From: Gekko japonicus
Lineage: Eukaryota
Length of the DNA: 64,000 nucleotides
NCBI RefSeq assembly: GCF_001447785.1
Contig: NW_015167538.1
Span: forward strand, 62,001 to 126,000
Direction: 5' to 3'
The first letter of the stretch is position 1; every line of letters starts with the position of its first letter. The notes beneath the pieces were generated by a model. It had not been told where the DNA came from, did no database searches, and worked only from the letters and a program-made list of their open reading frames with translations. Shown here in pieces: positions 9,783-23,753 of this stretch. Both the position numbers and the translations under genes were made by a program.

Positions 9783-12425
9783 TCATGGTCACCAGCCCAG
9801 AATCAAGAGGAGCTTGTGGAAGTAGCAGGGGCTTTGAACCCAGGATTCAAAAGACTGTCATCTTCAGGTTGCGTGGAGGACATACTTCCTCCCCCCAGTG
9901 GTGTTCCAGTAACAGTAATTGCTAACCATCAGGGGGTCCATGCATTATCACGACAGGAATGAACATGCCAAGAAAACCAGAGCAGAGAAACCAAAGCAAG
10001 ACCTCAGAGGCATGCACAGAGTTGTCCAGGAGGGGACCTAATTTTCAAACCTGAATCCTCAAAGGGAGTTTAGGAGCCTGTCTGGTTTAACCTAGGTTGG
10101 TGGTGAGTGACAGTGGTGTACAATACCATAACCAGGCACTGGCTTGCCAAATCCAGCTGGAGAAATTCCTAAAGATTTGGGGGAGGATCCTGGGGAAGGC
10201 AAAGTTGGGGGCAATTAGGGACCTCAGCAGAGATTTGATGCAATAGAGTCTACCCTCCAACCTTGCCATCTCCTGCACAGGAACTGTAGTCTGAAGATCA
10301 GTTGTAATTCTGAGAGAACTCTCTACCTGGAGGATGGTAGCCCGAAATCCAGACATTCAAGGCTGGCTCCATTGCCTGTCTGCACCAGGCCCAAGGAGAA
10401 GGCAGGACATTGGATTCTGGGTATAATCAAATTCCATCACCTCCCACTTTTTAATTTAACAAATACTGACACTATTGTCATAAATAGCTTTGGATTAAGA
10501 GCGCTTAGCCAGGTATGAAGATCCGAGACTGGTAGAGGCCTCTGTTGTTATGTCAGTGCAACCTGAGAGTGAACTGCAAGCCAAAGAAACTCAAAGGGCC
10601 ATTTTGGTGACCTCCCAAGGACAGCCCTGCTACATTCCCCCCAGCAGTTTTGCTTTATTTTTAACCTAGTGTTTCTTACTTTTCATTCCCCCCTTCTACT
10701 CCCATAGTCCAAGCTCTCTTCTTTGCACAACCTACAGGCTCATCTCTCAGTCATTCCCCCTCCCCTATTTCTTCTTTGAGTTTTTCTCTCCTTCTTACCC
10801 CTACTTGCTGGATTCTCTAGCAACAGCACACAAGACTTTCACTTTCCCAGCAACCTGCACACCAGGGCTGTTGCTGAGTGGCTGCAAGAGGCTGCGGAAG
10901 AACTGGTGTCAATCCTACTGATAGGGTTACCAGCCTCCATGTTCTCCCAGAATTACAGCTGATCTCCAAGTTACAGAGATGGGTTCCCTCGGAAGAAATG
11001 GCAGTTTTGGAAGGTGGACTTTGTGACTTCACATTCCTGCTGAGCTCCATCCTCTCCCCAAGCACTGCCCCTAAATCTCCAGGAACTTCCTGAGCCAGAG
11101 TTGGCAATCTTAGAAATATCTCTGAATCCAGGGAGCTGAGGAGCATTCTGCCATCCCCATTGTCGATGGGCCTATGAGGGGTGCACATGTCCCCACAAAG
11201 AGGAGGGAATGGGCTGTGTAAATAAGGAGTGGCTGGAATCCTCAAGGGGGGCAAGGATAGTTAGGGGATTGGCTCCTGAGCCTTTCATGTTACCTTTTCA
11301 TTTGAAGCTCTTATTATGGAGATTTGACCCGAATTAACCATCATGCCCCCCCCCCAATGAGGAAAGGAATGAAACTTCATACGGATCAACATTCCTGAGC
11401 AGCAAACTGGATCTGGAGCCATGAAGTAAAAGTATTTGCCAGGCTCTTGAATTTCTTGCTAATCATTTCAGACTGGAAGCAAACTTTATCGGATCGAGTG
11501 TCTCGCTCTGACCCGAGGTCTGCGGGGTGGGTTGGCAGAGCAGTGCCCTGAAGTATCCACAGACTATTGCAAGATCCCTTGGGCTGAATCCAGACAAGCT
11601 GGGAGCTGATGGAGGGCTTGAGCCGTCCTGCAGTGAGGTGCCTGTCGCAGTCCCTGCCTCTTGGGAAGAGATGGCTGGAAACTGAAGGGAGCCACAGCCT
11701 GCGCTCGACTAGAGACGGGTGTCCAATGGAGTTGGGATGCATCTTACTCTCTCAAGACTCAACCGGGGAGTTGAGGAGAGGCATTTGCAGTGGCAGATTA
11801 TTCTGGAGCAGCACATTCTGAATCTGGGGAGGAGGACAGGGCCACTTCCCAAGGTGAGAAAGATGTCCCAGTCTCTCGGGGCTCTTCTTGAACACTGAAG
11901 GGAGGTTCTCAAGGATGCTCTGGGTGCTGCCTCCTGGGATTGTTCCGGGTCTGAAGCCTCCTCTGAGCCTTTAGATTCTTTCTCTGACAAGGAGGAGCCG
12001 AAGCCTGACAAACAGACCTGGTTCAAATGTACAAGAATGAGATGGTAGAGTTCTCAGGTGGGGACTGTAACTAAACATTTAGCACTGAAGCGCTCTCTCT
12101 CTCTCGCTCTCCCTCTCTGTCTTTGACATAATGACATCAGGATAACATCAGGGCCCTGCGGGACCTTTTACAGTTCTGCAGGGCCTGTAAAACGGAGCTC
12201 TTCCACCAGGCTTTTGACGAGGGTGCTGCCTCCCAATATTGTGGCCCTGGCCCCAACATCAGCACTAACGTCATAACTAACAACCTGGCAAGAACTCAGT
12301 CTATGTGGCAGCTGATTAGTTGGATGCCAAGAGAATGCCACCACCGTTTATCAGCACTTATGTTACTGGCACCTATGATTTTATGCTGTGTGTTTTATTT
12401 AAATTTTGTGTTTTAATCATATCCT

Positions 12426-12515
12426 GCTCTTCGGCTTGGAAACGGAGATGGGCACCACATCCCTAAAGTGGGATTTGGCTGGCTTTTGAGCAAGGGGAAC
12501 CTTTACCTCTTACTA
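12426..12515 (+). mobile_element. Sauria SINE 3' fragment
   Basis: Matches the 3' end of 6605-6941, including the ACCTTT tail. Confidence 0.8.
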
Positions 12516-13429
12516 CACACACACACATGCACGCACGCACGCACACATGTTCCATAAGCCATCCTGAGCCTGCTTGTGCAGGGAGGGCGGGATATTAAAT
12601 AAATAAATAAATTTGTGTGTGTGTATGTTCAGATTATATGAGTGTGAACTGTGTTAAATAATTGGTTGGCACACAGCCCCCATTTTGTTTCTCTCGGGGC
12701 TCAGTTCAAAAGGTCAGAGAGACCTGTGTGAGAGGAAGAACTGTCTGGCTGCCTCTCTACCACATAACGGTTCCACACTTAGGGCAGACGTGCAAGGGGT
12801 TCTTTGGTGGCCGAGCCAATGTGGGGCACTATCCCAGAAGATTAACAATGTCCAGGATCTATAGACCGACAGGGTACTAACAGAATGCTGGGCTGAGCAC
12901 ATTCTGCCACAGAACCAACACAGAAAAAGCACACCATATTGGATGAGCTGCAGGATTCCACCCCCTAAGGTCTTCAGTCTCATTCAAGCCATGGCGACCT
13001 AACCAGTGAGGGGATCATAATTGGACTGAAGATAGGATGGACTCTTTATCTGGTCCACAGTGTCCTGTCTGACTGCTGGTGGGAACAATTTGGAGGTATA
13101 GGTGGGAACGATGTAGGCCGCTTTGGGTTCCTACTGAGGTATAAATGAAGTTAAATAAATAAATAAGGTATACAAATAATCATGTATAGGTTTTTATATA
13201 TGATAGGGTTTTATGGTACAGAATTGAGGGGGGGGGGAAGATGTTTTTAGGGTGGAAGGCACTCATCCCAGAGATCCGGAACACTGGAAGCAATGTCGAG
13301 ATTTGATCGGAGGAAACGTCCTTGAACTAGGGGAAAGGGGCTGTAGGGGATACCTACAACTTTTTTTTCACCTAAAAAGAGATCAAACACATTCCTTGCC
13401 TGCAGAGTAAATGTGCCATTGATCCGGAG

Positions 13430-13843
13430 CAGGCCCAGCCTGGTGGAACTCTCTTCTGAGTGAGATCCGGGCCCTGAGGGACTTGGCTCAGTTCCTGAGA
13501 TGTTCCACCAGGCATATATGGTCGATAGAGAGATATCTGTGACCTCCCGGGTTTCTCCCCCCCCCACACACACTTTATTCAGCACTCTCGCCTGGTTAAG
13601 ATCTTCCCTTGGAGTGGAATATGGACTGTATGCCAGCCATCCCAGCTGTCTGTGAGATGGATGTAAGCCACCATCAAACAGTACATCTAATGACTGAATG
13701 GTACTGAAGTTTAATTGTATATATGTATCTTATTAATAGTATTGCATTTATTTTATTATGTACTGATGTATGTTATATGTTGTACGCCGCCCTGAGTCCT
13801 GCTTGCGGTAAATGGAGTGGGATAGAAATTTCATAATAATAAT
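13430..13843 (+). mobile_element. L2 LINE 3' fragment
   Basis: Degenerate ORF2 end (PAWWNSLLSEIRAL...EMFHQAY), AT-rich 3'UTR and a GCCGCCCTGAG...GGGATAGAAAT tail. Confidence 0.7.
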
Positions 13844-14066
13844 ATGTTCAGTGCAGGATTTACTTCAACCCAGAGGTCAGGATCCACAGGCACAGGTCAC
13901 AGAGCTCCACCTGCTAGGCCAGAGCTGCCATATTGCTGCTGCCTTTTAGAAGGTCCTGCTGCCAACGTATAGCATCAACACAGAAAGAAAGATGTGAGGC
14001 GAGGTCACTCAGTGGTGGTTTCCTCCACCACTCTGACCCTTGGGCTTGCTTGGCACTACAGTATAC

Positions 14067-14274
14067 CAGGGGTCATTTCGTAGAAAAAGAGCTAGGGGGA
14101 CTCATTAGCATAACTCGTTAGCATATGCCACACCCCCTGACATCACCGGAAGTGTGTCCTCCCCACAGCCGGCGGCGACCTCCAGCGGGCACCAGCAGGG
14201 AGCTCCAGGCCCCGCCCTCCCGCACCTCACCCGGGGGGATGGCGTCCCCCCGCGTCCCCCCCAAATGACCCCTG
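14067..14274 (+). mobile_element. hAT family C, short internally deleted copy
   Basis: TIRs CAGGGGTCATTT...AAATGACCCCTG; perfect TSD CAGTATAC. Confidence 0.9.
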
Positions 14275-14974
14275 CAGTATACCCTCCTCAGACCCAGCCT
14301 GCCTATCCCGTCCCCAGCTTGCCCACGCTCCCGTCCTTGAAACTACTGAGTTCAGAACTCTGCCTCTCACTCTTGTGTCATATGACTTGAATGCCATATG
14401 ATGTTGCACGCTTGCAGCTTAGTGGGTCATTGAAGACCACTGGTTGATTTGACAGAGGGCTCATCCTTTTTTTCCTTACCACAATTAAAACTTTCAGAGT
14501 AATGACCAGCCTCTCTGGTTTTATGAATCGCTTGCTCCCACTGATCTCTGTTTTATCACTCCTCTTATTAAAACAGTGTTTAGAGAATGGTTATTTTGAT
14601 GTAATGTATCATCAGTTGATACTGCTGGATAAGATCATCCCTCTTTGGCTTTTTTTTTTTAAAGTTCTTAACCCATAGCTTAACTGATTAACAAGGAAAG
14701 CCATCCCATGAAAGGCTGTTCTTCTGATCTATAGATACCAAGAATGAATTAGTGAATTAGGCTCTTCCAACACTGGGTCCCTAGGAGTCTGATGGTACCC
14801 GTCTCCAAACCAATGAATGATCTTCCACAGGGAGCTAATTATAGACATTAAACAATACCATGGACAAAGTATGATCCTGCAGAATAATTCCCAAGCACAC
14901 AAGACCAGTCAGACTACACTGTGCTGTGGAACTGCCCCGTCCAGAAGAAAGGAGGTATTTGTGAATTTCCTGAA

Positions 14975-15033
14975 TTGTGCAGGGGTAGGACTAGATGATC
15001 CTGGAGATCCCTTCCAACTCTATGATTCTATGA
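14975..15033 (+). mobile_element. CR1 extreme 3' end
   Basis: GGACTAGATGATCCTGGAGATCCCTTCCAACTCTATGATTCTATGA. Confidence 0.75.
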
Positions 15034-17049
15034 AAACAGAACCAGGGGAAAACAGTCCCCCCACAACATCTCTTGAGATGATCCAGAAGGAGACTCAACA
15101 AACCCTCAAACTCTGCCGGGAGTCCCAGGTAATCAAAGGTCACACTTCTTCTGCTCACTTCTAGGTGCATATGGTTGACCAGGAACACCAAACCAAGCCA
15201 TGGTCCAGAATGCTTGGAACACATTCAGCACCACCAGACACTTTGACTGTCTTACAAATGGTTAAAGGAGTTAAACTTTCTACCCACCATCTCCTTGGTA
15301 CAGAAGCTTGGGCTATCCAGCCCTCCCCTCCATCTGTTCCAGTGACTCTACAGAAGCACAGCCCTTTCCACTGATCAGCCCAGCTTATGGCTGGGGCATC
15401 ATTCAGTGTGACGGCATAAATAACCATTGTATTTTGTTGGTGGAGTCAAGATCCACCTCTTCCAGGTCTCTGCCTTACATTCTCAGTTACGTACATATAA
15501 AACAACTGCTGATCACACATGTTGGTACAGAAAAGAGGATCTTCTCCACCTGGGACTTTAGTCCCACTGCAATAAAGATGTGCGTTCCTTTAAAAATCCA
15601 CAAAAGTCCTTGATTTTGAACCCTACTGTTCTGGAGTGCCCCATTGTTTTTCTTTAATATGTTTTGATGGTTACACAGTTGGAAGGAACACCATTCTGAT
15701 TTGTTCCTTCAGGTGGTGCTTTAGTAGAATGTCCTTAATATTTCTTGCAAAAGTAGTGTGGATACTAATAAATCATGGTGACCTCACAATACTAAGAGAA
15801 TACCAATTGAGCAGCTGACCTCTGCTGCCACTAAAATTTCATTTGACCTGATATTTAAATACCTCCTAATTGTCCCAAACCCAACGGGTCATAAACTTTT
15901 AAATGGATATCTTTCACTTCCCATGTCCATTGTCTGCATTTCCTTACTGCCAACCTGTATAATTATTAACCCATAAGTGGGTTTTCTGGCACAAAGTACA
16001 ATTGGCCTTCGGAACCCTTTCAAATGGACATTGTGAAGGCCGGCCAATTGTCCAGCCTTAAACTCGCATACAGATATTGTATGGGCTAATCCAGCAGAAT
16101 TGCAAAACTTACTGAGGCCACACAAAGACCATGGACTGCAAGGGATAACAGCTATAAAGTGTTCACCTTCATTTGCACTGGGAACAGAAAAGGGATGTAA
16201 ATAAGTATGGAATCCTGGAAGTGTCCTTGTAACATGGTGTGTGGGTGCAAAAGACTGCATGTGTTTCAAGGCAGTAAGATAATTTTTATTAATGACAATA
16301 TATTCTTTCTCTGCTGGTAGGGAAACCACACCACTTAGCTGTGGGGACCATCAGAGTTCAGTTGTTCCTCTGCCACCTTTCCCCACTCCTCAGCTCTGAA
16401 GAGGAGATTCTCACAGCAGTGGGAGGCATGCATTCAACACCAAATGGGGATCAGCTTGATGGATGGAGATGGAAAGAAATTTCACAATCACCAGCATGTA
16501 TCAATGAGGGGATGTCTCTCCCAGTAGCACGTGACTTGGATTGCTTACCCGAGCCATCTACATTTCTTTGCTCAGCTAAATCCTTTCTACAGCATACCTC
16601 CTCTTTCCTCTCTCTATCACTCTGCACCAGAGGCCTGGTTTGTTTTTGTTGCTTTATGGCTGACTGTCCCATTCACAGCTCAAGCATTACACAGGGACCC
16701 TGGACCCAACCTGTGCACTCCGCAATGCGTGAATCCACCTTTCACAGTGACAATCTTGCTTTTGATGATCAGGCAAAATCCTAGGGTATATACATTTATT
16801 TACCTCTGTCAGGTAAGATCATCATAAGACCCGTTTTAGATAGTGGGAACTGAATGGAAGTGATTTGCCCAAAGCAACCTCCTGAGTCCATAAGCAAGGA
16901 TCTGAATCCAGGGACAGCATGTTAACCATCAGGCACCATGTTGTTATGACATTCATGGTTTACAGAAATTAGCATGAGATCTCCATCCAGCATAGACTGT
17001 GAACAAGGAGGAAATGTGCCAGATGAGATTACAAGAGATAGCTCAGGTG

Positions 17050-17255
17050 CAATGCTCCCTCTAAGCTGTGGAGTCTTGTATGCAAAAATTCTACTTTGTG
17101 AGCTACCAGCATTTAGGTTGTGAGCGAGCGATTTGGCTACTGCATAAATTAGTTTGGAGCCATCCTTCCTGAGCTAAGACAATAATGTGTGAGCCAGAGG
17201 CTAAAAAACTGTGAGCTAGCTCACACTAACTCAACTTAGAGGGAACAGAACACTG
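17050..17255 (+). mobile_element. hAT MITE family A, copy 4
   Basis: Perfect TSD CTCAGGTG; the right TIR carries a GAACA duplication. Confidence 0.9.
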
Positions 17256-17389
17256 CTCAGGTGTTTCTCCATCTTTTCCATCCTTCCCATATTGTCAAAT
17301 AAAATCATCTAATATCTGAAGCAGCCTTATGCTGAGCGGGTTCATATAGACCAGTATTGTCCACACTGACTGAAGACAGGGTCTCAGGC

Positions 17390-17601
17390 ACATGAACACA
17401 TGAAGCTGCCTTATACTGAATCAGACCATTGGTCCATCAAGGTCAGTATTGTCTATTCAAACTGGCAGCGGCTCTACAGGATTTCTAGTAGAGGTCTTTC
17501 ACATCCCCTACTACCTTACCCCCCCCCCCTGGAGATGCCGGGGATTGAATCTGGGACCTTGCACATGCCAAGGAACTGCTCTACCACTGAACCATGGCCC
17601 C
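17390..17601 (-). mobile_element. tRNA-derived SINE (Squam2-like)
   Basis: Head GGTTCAGTGGTAGAGCA...GATTCAATCCCCGGCATCTCC; tail TATAAGGCAGCTTCATGTGTTCATG. Confidence 0.75.
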
Positions 17602-18408
17602 CGTCAACAGCAGTTCCTCTCCCATTCCCTGCTACCTGAGCTTTAAAATGGGAAATGTTCCTGGGATCTTCTGCAAACAAAGCACATGATCAATCAGTGA
17701 GCTGTGGGTCCTTCCCAAAAGAAGAGGCCACCAACCGTGCAACCCTAAGAAGAGCTACACTCTTCTAAGTCTACTGTAGTCTATTTTCCAAGGCCAAGTT
17801 AAATCTTTGTAAGAAACCGCAACAGATTACATCCACTTTCTCCTGTTCTTGGTGAGTTGCAGTCTTAGCCCTCCTGCCCCTAGATCCCAATGTTGACCCA
17901 TAGTGCCATGTAGTAAGAAATAAACTCCATGATTAACACACACCCCATTTGAAGATTTTAGTTGTTGCAAGTGAGTTACTATTTCAGGCCAACCAACATG
18001 GCTGCTGCAGGCAATTTGCAACTTGAAAACAGTTCCAAACTGAAATTGGTAGAAAGAAAGAAAGAAAGTGGCATTGATTGGGCTTTGTGTTTCTCGGCTG
18101 GAGAACAATTAACTCAAGTCATGTGAGGACCCTGCGAGGTGAGTCACAGGTTGCAAAGCAAGATGGCACACGTAGACAACCCAGCAGCTGCGCTTGATCA
18201 CAATAAATTGAACTCCACAAGAGATGATGAGTGGCATTGGATTACCTGACTGGCTCTTGCTCTTACGGCCTGTGGGAAGCTCACCAGAGCAACTTTCTCT
18301 TGCTCATCTCCACAATGAAAGACCCCATGACTGAAGTTAATGTCTCATGGAAACACAGAATTGAAAGATGCCTGGCCATCAATTTTGGGAAATGGCTCTT
18401 GGGGTAAA

Positions 18409-18612
18409 CATGAAGCTGTCTTCTACTGAGTCAGACCCTTGGCCTATCAAAGCCAGGGATTGTCTACTCTGACCGGCAGCAGCTCTCGAGGGTCTGAGGC
18501 AGAGGCATTTCACATCACCTACTATCTGACCATTCTAAATGGAGATGCCAGGAACTGAATGTGGGACCTTCTGCATGCAAAGCAGACGCTCTGCCACTGA
18601 GCCATGACCCCA
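18409..18612 (-). mobile_element. tRNA-derived SINE (Squam2-like)
   Basis: Same family as 17390-17601. Confidence 0.75.
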
Positions 18613-19045
18613 CAACATATATGTCTACGGGACAGGGAAAAATCAATAAGATTTAAAGTGAGAATTTGGGCACAGTTTTTACATCTTAAAAAAACAACAG
18701 AGAAAAGTGATTTTTGAATATGACAGGCATGGAGGGGGACCCCAAATAAATAGTCTAACAGAGAATACCTGTTATTCAGTGCCTTTACACTTCACTCACA
18801 GAGAGGAATGTGAACAGTCACCTTGGGAGCCCCTGTGCCGATTGATGCTCACTCAGCAGTCACAAGAGTAATAATTTAAAGAGGCAACACATATATTTTA
18901 AAGACTCTCAGAAACAATCCTGCCAAACAGCCCAGGCAGGCAGCTGCCGGCGAAAGAAAAGCCTTCGACATTTAGTTACCCATGTGCCCTGAAAGACTGT
19001 TGCGATCTGGAAGCCAACCCCGGGAGAGAATAAAGCACCTCTTAC

Positions 19046-19282
19046 CTGCAGAAGCTTCCCTTCTGCTGGGGTCACGTCCGCCACGCTGGCGAAGACTCCT
19101 TCCAGCATGAGGGGCTCCAGCTTGAAAGGGACCACCCGAATTATTGCCTTCTGGGCCAGCGATCGGTCGGCTTCCACGGCGGCCGCCAGGGCCAGTCCAG
19201 AGTAGCCCAGTCGTACCTGCAGCGTAGCCATAAGCAGCCAAGGCCAGAGGACTGCCAACTGTAGCTGGGGGCCAACACTCAT
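19046..19282 (-). CDS. RNF43: RNF43 first coding exon (signal peptide and start of PA domain); the remaining exons lie beyond position 1
   Basis: ATG at 19282 gives [79 protein letters not shown], closely matching the recalled RNF43 N-terminus. Ends at CAG|GTAAGA (phase 0, 79 codons). Syntenic with HSF5 and MTMR4. Confidence 0.96.
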
Positions 19283-22148
19283 GCTCCCAGCTGCAGCAGT
19301 GCGCTCCGGCCACACATACTGCTCAGGAATGCGTCCTCACCCCGACAGCAGGTTCCAACACAAGTCAAAAGGGCTGAAGATTAAAGCCCTCCTTGGGCCG
19401 ATGAGAAGCAGGGCAGAGTCACCTGGATTGCCTTCCTCCAGGTTCTCCTCGCTTCCTCTCGCTGTTTGTTTGCGCCACGTGCAAACCTCAAGAATCAGAA
19501 GCCACACCAGATTAGGTCCTTCTCCTCCTCCAGATGAATTCAGACATTGTTAGTGGAACGAAGGGGGCACGGACAGCATATGGGCCTAAAAGCTTTTCAG
19601 TCCTTCTGGGAAGAGCGCCAGAGCTGTTCAGAGGGAGACAGTTCCCCATGGAAGACAAACTCTGTTTTCCCCAATCCACTCCAGTGTTTGTATCCTAGCA
19701 GGGTCTGTCCCCGGATATCAGGCGGCCTTTCTGATGTCCGATCAGTGAGCTGTTGTTCCCATTTATCCCTCAAAGCAGGAGTTTTTTTGGGTAATGCGAA
19801 CTAATTTCTTTCTTTCCTCTATTGAATCCACATACCAAAATCCATGGCGAGTGAGAAGAGAGTCCCATTCAGTAATTATCACAACCAACCAGTTTTTAGT
19901 TTTTTAAAAAATCAGACAATAGTCTTCGGATTAAAAACAAAATTCTGCCCACCTCAAATGCCAATATTACACTCACCTGGTTGCAGACGTGAAAATATAT
20001 TTTCTAGCCTGGAATTTTCCATCCATGTGTCATTTTAATACAACTCGTAACTCCCAAAATTCATTAAACTAACAAGACGTTCTTTTTAAAAAAATTTCTC
20101 TGAAGTTAAAAAGACCCAAACAGGAAAAACAACTACAGATGTACACCTGTGTGTGTCATTCCATTCCTGGGCAAAACAATGGAACTCATATCTCTGTTTT
20201 TAGAGGCACATTACTAAAAATGTAAATGAAGGGTATCCCAATCATCAAACATAAAATATGTTTCACGAAGGATTTCCGTAACCATAGAAAAATCACCACC
20301 AGTTATCGGCTGAAGGGGTTGTTCGATCAAGGAAGAAAAAAGATAATTTTCAAAGCTACAGTTGATAGATTGACCGCAAGAAGCCGCAGGGGCTAGGTTA
20401 ACAGCTGGACATTTCCCTGCAAAGGCTAACTAAAAAACTTGTTCAGTAATCAATCAAAATATGGGCTGAGTCTTACCTATGGGTTACTGGGGGAAGGGGA
20501 GAGACTCACAGAAACCCCCTGTACAGGTAAATGTGAAATCCCACAGTCTAAATCGGGGGAAATGTACTCCAGACTGAAAGCTTGTGGGCCAGGCGTGGCT
20601 GAAATGTAGTTTCCCCAAGCAACCTAGAAAGGCTTGCTAGGAATCCAGGAGCTTAGCTGAGGGCTCCTTTCGAGTTGAAGCAGAACGCTCTCCCTTTTTC
20701 CCAGCAAAGACAAGCGGCAAGCCATCTAAACAGGCAGTGGGAGAGAAGTTGTTTGAAAACCGCAGATCTCCAGCAGCGGCAGCAGCAGCAAACTCAGAAG
20801 CAAGCCTTGGAAGCCTGCTTCAACAGGGAATGTAACCGTCCTTCAGTGACCAGGGTGCTGAAGTGGCCTTGGAAGGTTCTGCAGATGCCGTGGAAGAGCT
20901 TTCTTTCCAGAAAGGAAGCCAAAAAAATAAAACAAACACGCTCTCTAAAACCTGGGAGTAGTGGACGCTTGTGCTCTCTGCCTCCCTCCCCTGGGACTGC
21001 AAGCTCTTTCTACCTGCTGACAAAAGTGAGGGTGGAGCTGCCCAAGGCAACCACCCCACCCCCTCAGTCTGGTTCTCAGAGCTCCTAGTCTCCCTCTCCT
21101 GAGCCACGGCTAAACTGCATTTAAGCACAGCCCTCACTTAACTTCTTCTGTCTCAGATGCAAATCAGGATCCCGCATGGATCCTGAAAAACAATGGGGCA
21201 GAACGCAGTGAGGGATGGAAATGAAAAGCTACAGAGAGCTGAAGGGGGGAAAAAAGGAAACCAAAGATCGCAATCTTGGCCTTTGTCCCAGGCTGGCGGT
21301 GGCACTTTAAGTGGCACTGAGCCAGTGTCTAAAAGTAACTTCCCCGCTGGAGCAGCGACTGATTCACTGCTGTGTTATGTCTTGGGCTGTGGGAAGGACA
21401 ATGCGCCTCCATGGCTTGACTTCAACTCTTGCTCCTTTAGTTTTAGGAGGGCCCCCCCCCCCAGTCATTTCAAGAAAGATTTCAGGTCAGGCTGATGTCA
21501 GAGACCTGGAATTCAGCTATCAATCCTCATCTGACATCACTTAGGTGAGTAACGCTCTCAGGTCAGACTTCAGAGAGCAAGACTGCAAACTGAAGTCGCA
21601 ACTTGGCATGTGGTGGATCGATAATATATGTAGCCCATGCCTTATGCGTGTTTGGAAGTAAACCCCACTCATTTCGATGGGTTTACTCCCAAGTAAGTGT
21701 GCTCATGACTGCACCTCAGAGCCTTAAACAGTGCGTTCTGTGATGTACAGAAGCTCTATGACAACATCCCAATATTCCAGTATAATTCAGGTTTTTGGAG
21801 GATTGCTTCATCTAGGATAACAGAAGGAACTTGCCATCAAAAACTTGCTAAGTGCCAAACATTCAGCCATCTCCCTTGCACCATGTCAGCGTGTCAGTTA
21901 CAGATTTGTTAGCTATAAAGGCTCTTTCATTATACCCACTGTAACAGAAACTTAGTGCATCTTATAAGACATTTTAACACATTTTCTATGTCACTTAACA
22001 CCTTCTTTGCCGGAGGAGGAAATATCAAACAACACACAACATTCACCATTTCACTTCAGCAGAACCGCACTCTGTGTAAATGAAACGGGTCCCTCTAGCC
22101 TTGGGATTAATAAATGAGACAAACAATGTGCTTGGATGGAGCAGTCTC

Positions 22149-22154
22149 TTTATT
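22149..22154 (-). terminator. Candidate HSF5 polyadenylation signal (3'UTR about 1.6 kb)
   Basis: AATAAA on the minus strand followed by a GT/T-rich tract (CATTGTTTGTCT). Not confirmed by transcripts. Confidence 0.45.
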
Positions 22155-23753
22155 GTGTACTGACTACCTACATACATTTGGGCTAAAACGGCAGAAACAC
22201 TAAGAAGGTGCATCCATTTCATGCAATACTGTACAGATTCCTTTAGTCAGTGTGAATGTCTGGTGAATGTCCTTTCCTTTTTAACTGTGGCTCTAAATGC
22301 TCAAGAGTCAGTAAAGTCAAGCCACTACGGCAGGAGATCCAGCTCCTTGGCCTCTTATTTTATGGAAAGCCAATATATGCTGCCATTTCCTAATGAAGCT
22401 TTAAAACTGCAGTCCTAGTCCCAAAACTCTTGCTTATCATTCAGAAAGGACTAAACTAGTATAACCCTGTGCAAGTATGACCAAGGCGAAACTTCTCTAT
22501 GTTTCAATTCATGTGGATAATTCTCAGTCACAGGTTCAAACTTTTCACAAATCTATTTTGAGGCAGGACAGCACTCAATCTGAGCCTTTCAGAGACCCAG
22601 CAAAAGAACATTGTCTCTAAATGTGGCAACATATTTTACATTGAGAGCATGCTGAATGTCTGCCTTTTCTAGAGGGACAAACAAAGCCTCAGAAGATTGA
22701 CTGAGGATGATCTTAAAATATTTAGCAATCTCTGGTCCAGCTCTCCTGCATGAAACTATGGCCCAATTTGCAGCTGTGACTTTGGTTCATCCTACCATTC
22801 ATGGGTGTACTGGGAAATGATGAATGTAACTGAACTATAAGATGCAGAAAGATGACAGGGATAACAGATCTGACCATTCTCTCCACTTTTCCAAGTGTTC
22901 CCTTACCCATTTTTCCCCACAGTTGTGGTAATCTGACTCTGAAAAGACGAGTGAGCAAGTTGGAAGCACATTCTCATTAAGCTACATCATTCACACATAT
23001 CCTTGCCATACAAATAAGTATGAGTACAAAACTATTGTTCTTTAAAATCTATTGTCAATAAATACAGTTATAACAAACAAGTTAAAAGAGCCCATGAAAA
23101 CGTATTTAAGCTAAGAGAGTAAACAAGAAATGCCTTAATTTCTTATAAAGCATCTCTAGAGTAAGGAAATTATTAAAACACAAGAATGCTCCATTAACAT
23201 AAAATATCCAGCACCGGTTTTCTTAGATGGGACAATATTTATCATTGGGGGGGGGGGGAGAATAAATACAAGAAAGAAGCAATTTTTCTGTGTAAACATC
23301 TAGAAAATGAGCTCATCTTTCCCAGGGTGTCTTTCCCGGAACTGATGACCCATTCAGCCCACAGATCTTGTGACCTTCAAATGCATTTGTTTTTGCAAAG
23401 ATCCTCCTTCAAATGGTCCCCAAATGAACTGTGAACAGTCCCCACTCCTGGCTGCTCCTTGCAGTGCCAAACAAGAAACATCCTGTAGTTGGGACATCTT
23501 CCTAACAAAGTTAGGATTTCTCGTTTGCCAGGTTCCCTTTTGACTTATGAATCATTTGGGCAAAATAATTATTACAGTTTGACCAGAAAAAGTATATAGA
23601 CCTACTAAAGAGGGGCAGTAAAAACAATGGGTGGGACTGATATCAGTGGAACACAAATGAGCAGAGGTGAAGAGCATTTGGTTAGCAAGTTCCCAAAGTG
23701 TTCCTGGCAGGAAAGGCACTGCTCACTGTTTGCACAGATTGGTCACCAAGTTC

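Noticed and set aside
11386-12026. Minus-strand ORFs as a possible extra RNF43 exon or nested gene
   Set aside because: No similarity to RNF43 or any protein I recognise, and no convincing splice pair. A non-coding exon cannot be excluded without RNA data.
19283-19315. 11-aa N-terminal extension of RNF43 in the ORF track
   Set aside because: It begins at GTG; homology and the signal peptide start at the ATG at 19282.
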